Shown here one piece after another: positions 61,074 to 64,000 of a DNA stretch of 64,000 nucleotides. The first letter of the stretch is position 1, and the number at the start of each line of letters is the position of its first letter. The DNA is taken from the NCBI GenBank assembly GCA_022749935.1, contig JAKIWQ010000001.1, forward strand, positions 3,664 to 67,663, in the 5' to 3' direction. A program made the translations under genes and the position numbers. This DNA is from Thermoplasmata archaeon. GTDB lineage: Archaea; Thermoplasmatota; Thermoplasmata; Lutacidiplasmatales; UBA184. The notes under the pieces are model-generated. The model worked only from the letters and a program-made list of their open reading frames with translations, was not told where the DNA came from and searched no databases.

Positions 61074-61247
61074 GTCAGCGGATGCGCAATGGTGGGGTCC
61101 CGTCCTAGGTAGGAGGCCCGGCCGAGTTTCTGCGCGTGACACCGGGGGGTCGCGAGGTATTGGCCTCGTCTGGCCGTATTGCCACCCCCGATAGGCCCCG
61201 GCAGAACTGCAGATTGATGAAACTAAATCAGAAAGTCAAGAGGAAAC

Positions 61248-61721
61248 TCAGGGCATCGGCGCCTGATAGGTCCCGACGTACGTCACATTCTGGCTCTCGA
61301 CCGTCCCGCCATAATTCACCGCAGAGAATTCATACACGCCGGCGACCGATAGGAACCAACAGGTCCCGTTCGAAACTCCGATCCACCTACAGTGGTCCGG
61401 TATTGCGCCGCTCGGCTCCCATACGGTAAAGCGGACCAATCCCCCGGTGAGGTCGACCCAGTGGAGGCTCACGTTCTTCCGGTCCAGAAGGGACTGGGCT
61501 TGCGACGGCGGCGGCACCGGACAGAATGCACCCCCCTCGCATCGGCTGAGGGTAGCAATCTGTCCCGAGAAGGACGCGGGGGGCGGGGGAGACCCGGGAG
61601 CCAAGAGAAATCCTGCAGCCGTCACGACGAGCAGACCGACTGCCAGCGAGGCCGTCGGCACGAGCCACCCCCGGCGGTATGGAGCCAAACCTCGTCCATT
61701 TGTGGCCACAGCAGCCTCCAT
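61248..61721 (-). CDS. Hypothetical N-terminally anchored extracellular protein
   Basis: RR plus TM, Pro linker, two Cys pairs, sequons. Confidence 0.55.
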   Translation of the reverse strand: MEAAVATNGRGLAPYRRGWLVPTASLAVGLLVVTAAGFLLAPGSPPPPASFSGQIATLSRCEGGAFCPVPPPSQAQSLLDRKNVSLHWVDLTGGLVRFTVWEPSGAIPDHCRWIGVSNGTCWFLSVAGVYEFSAVNYGGTVESQNVTYVGTYQAPMP

Positions 61722-62067
61722 CGCCCCGGGGATCGACCCGCGCTCACGCTAGAGCGTCGGGGATGGGATAAGGGCCAAGCCCGCGAATGGTTAGACGGGC
61801 TAGACCGGCAGGACGAAATCGAGGGTGTCGGAAACGTGACAGGTCCAACGGGGCTAGCGATCCCGCCATCACGCTCCGGGAACCTCTGAAGAATCCATTG
61901 ACGCCGTCCGACAAACGAAGTACATCGGTCGGACAATCTCGTCGCACGACGGGTCGTCACCCTGCCATTCTAACACGAAAACGACCCCCCGGCTTCCCCC
62001 AGCCGGGCGCCGTTATGTAGTTCACGGGGGCTGGAATCGGCCGTGTCCATGACCGAGGAGGGAGAGG

Positions 62068-62310
62068 ATGCTGCCGGAGCAGATCGGACGAGACCGGGCG
62101 GCGCGCCTCCTCCCCGGGAGTGCGAGCGTTAGGGAGTTCGCGAATAGCGAGTTCCCGCGCGAGGACTACCACTGGGTGGTGTCCCTGACCCGCCTTACCT
62201 CGCCCGTTAGGGCGGGGGCTGGCGGGATCTGGGCTCGCCTGACCTGGGTCCTTCGCACTCCGGAGAGCGAGACGGAGGCCGACGCGGCCTCCGAGCCCGT
62301 CCCCGCGTGA
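62068..62310 (+). CDS. Small hypothetical protein
   Basis: 80-aa ORF preceded by GGAGG-rich sequence; no recognised motif. Confidence 0.35.
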   Translation: MLPEQIGRDRAARLLPGSASVREFANSEFPREDYHWVVSLTRLTSPVRAGAGGIWARLTWVLRTPESETEADAASEPVPA

Positions 62311-62532
62311 GCGGGAACCTGCCCCACGCCGGGCCTACATCCGCCAGGATGGGCGGCCCGGCGAACCATTTCTAGAGGTCCCGAATCTTCAACACTTCCC
62401 GGGCGCCGGACCAACGACCCTACCTTCCGTGCGGGCGGGATCTGAGTCCGGCGTACCCAGCCTGGGACCGCACGTAGGGTCCGCTGGATGGGCATTAAGT
62501 GTCTCCGGTCGGTGGCGCCCGAGGGGGTTTTC

Positions 62533-64000
62533 TTGGTCAAGTTCGACGTGGCCATCGTGGGCGGGGGTCACAACGCGCTCGTCCATGCGGGATACCTCGC
62601 CAAAGCTGGCGCGCGGGTGGTCGTCCTCGAGCGGCGACCGATCCTGGGAGGCGCCTGCGTCACCGAAGAACCGTGGCCCGGATACCGGATCAACACCTAC
62701 GCCTACGTCGCCGGCCTCCTTCGCCCCAATATCGCGGAAGAGCTCGAGCTGTCCAAGTTCGGGTATTCGCCCATCCTGTACGACCCACAGGCGTTCTGCC
62801 CCTTCCCGGACGGTCGTTCTCTCTCGCTGTGGAACGACACCGACAAGACCGTGAAGGAGATCGCCAAGTTCTCCAAGAAGGACGCGGCCGCCTACCCCAA
62901 GTACGAGGAGTTCTGGGACAACGTCCTCGACCTAGTGGAACCCCTCATGCTGGCCCCTCCGGTCCCGCTGGCGGACCTGGTCTCCCAGTTCCCCGGGGCC
63001 GAGGCGGAGGAGCTGGTCCGAAGCCTTTTCCTCCTGAGTGCCCAGGATTTTCTGGACGAGTGGTTCGAGAGCGACCACGTCAAGGTCGCCTTCGCGACCA
63101 ACGCGGTCATCGGGGAGATGGCCGGTCCACGGACGCCCGGGACGGCCTACGTCCTCGCCCACCACAACATCGGAGTCCTCGAAGGTTCGCGGAAGGTGTG
63201 GGGATTCTCCAAGGGCGGCATGGGCCGGATCACCGAGGCGATGGCCAAGTCGGCGCAACACCACGGGGCGGTCTTGCGTACCGGAGTCACCGTCAAGGAA
63301 ATCCTGGTGCACGGCGGGCGTGCCGTCGGGGTCGAACTCGAAGGAGGAGAGCGGATCGAGGCCCGGGCGGTCTCGTCGTCGGTGGACGCGAAGCAGACCT
63401 TCCTGCATCTCGTCCCACGCGAGCACCTCTCGAGCGACGTGGTTCGGGAGGTCGAACGGATCAAGAGCCGGGGTGCGGCGCTCAAGTTCAACGCCGCCCT
63501 GAGCGGTCTTCCCAAGTTCACGGTCGCCCCCGAAACCCCGGGCCCTCACCATCGGGGAGCCATCGAGCTCTGCCCCTCCATGGAGTACCTCGAAAAGGCG
63601 TACGACGACGGCAAGTATGGTCGCTTCTCCGAGCATCCGTTCATCGACTGCGAACTCCAGAGCGTTCTCGACCCGTCCATGGCGCCGCCGGGGCGGCACG
63701 TGATGACCTGCTTCGTCCAGTACGCCCCCTACGAGCTCCGTGGGACGACGTGGGACGAGTTCAAACCGAAAGCCGCCGAGCGGATCCTCGACACGTACGC
63801 CGAGTACGCGCCCAACATCCGGGACGTGGTCGAACACTGGCAGGTCATCTCCCCCCTCGACATCGAGCGGACGCTCGGTCTCACGGGGGGGAACATCTTC
63901 CAGGGGGACATCACGCCCGACCAGATCTTCTCCTTCCGCCCGATACTGGGCTGGTCGGGCTACCGGACCCCCGTCACGGGACTCTACCTCTGTGGCTCTG
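62533..64000 (+). CDS. Phytoene-dehydrogenase-like FAD oxidoreductase (runs off the window)
   Basis: Hand translation from TTG 62533: KFDVAIVGGGHNALV...LERR..LGGACVTEE ... GGNIFQG ... YRTPVTGLYLCGS. Confidence 0.9.
   Translation, partial: MVKFDVAIVGGGHNALVHAGYLAKAGARVVVLERRPILGGACVTEEPWPGYRINTYAYVAGLLRPNIAEELELSKFGYSPILYDPQAFCPFPDGRSLSLWNDTDKTVKEIAKFSKKDAAAYPKYEEFWDNVLDLVEPLMLAPPVPLADLVSQFPGAEAEELVRSLFLLSAQDFLDEWFESDHVKVAFATNAVIGEMAGPRTPGTAYVLAHHNIGVLEGSRKVWGFSKGGMGRITEAMAKSAQHHGAVLRTGVTVKEILVHGGRAVGVELEGGERIEARAVSSSVDAKQTFLHLVPREHLSSDVVREVERIKSRGAALKFNAALSGLPKFTVAPETPGPHHRGAIELCPSMEYLEKAYDDGKYGRFSEHPFIDCELQSVLDPSMAPPGRHVMTCFVQYAPYELRGTTWDEFKPKAAERILDTYAEYAPNIRDVVEHWQVISPLDIERTLGLTGGNIFQGDITPDQIFSFRPILGWSGYRTPVTGLYLCGS

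Noticed and set aside
62400-62481. HDV-like ribozyme
   Set aside because: Strand order does not fit P1/P2/P3/P1.1/P4 and no J4/2 motif was found.

Overview
Archaeal chromosomal segment. GC-rich; Nop5, Dph2, archaeal NAC, a PAC2 proteasome chaperone, a TrmB regulator and an A1:U72 initiator tRNA point to an archaeon. Gyrase B, GrpE, class II HMG-CoA reductase and a tricorn-factor-like M1 peptidase suggest Thermoplasmata (inference). Positions ~1-12.6 kb are an accessory, visibly less GC-rich region at the 3' end of an intron-containing tRNA-iMet. It holds an IS630 that split a membrane-protein gene and two tandem, homologous modules. Each module is a YVTN/Ig surface-protein gene, a decayed copy of a small unknown gene, a conserved non-coding arm and a tRNA 3'-end att copy. 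The module seen in full (~6.9 kb) carries no integrase. Positions 12.7-64 kb are mostly housekeeping and metabolic genes, plus tRNA-Thr(GGT) and tRNA-Cys(GCA). Notable items there are a UDP-sulfoquinovose synthase/GT4 cluster, a CBS-HPF fusion, a BNR-MoaD pair and a class III cyclase convergent with a cNMP-binding protein. All calls come from reading motifs by eye; no searches were run and many start codons are estimates.
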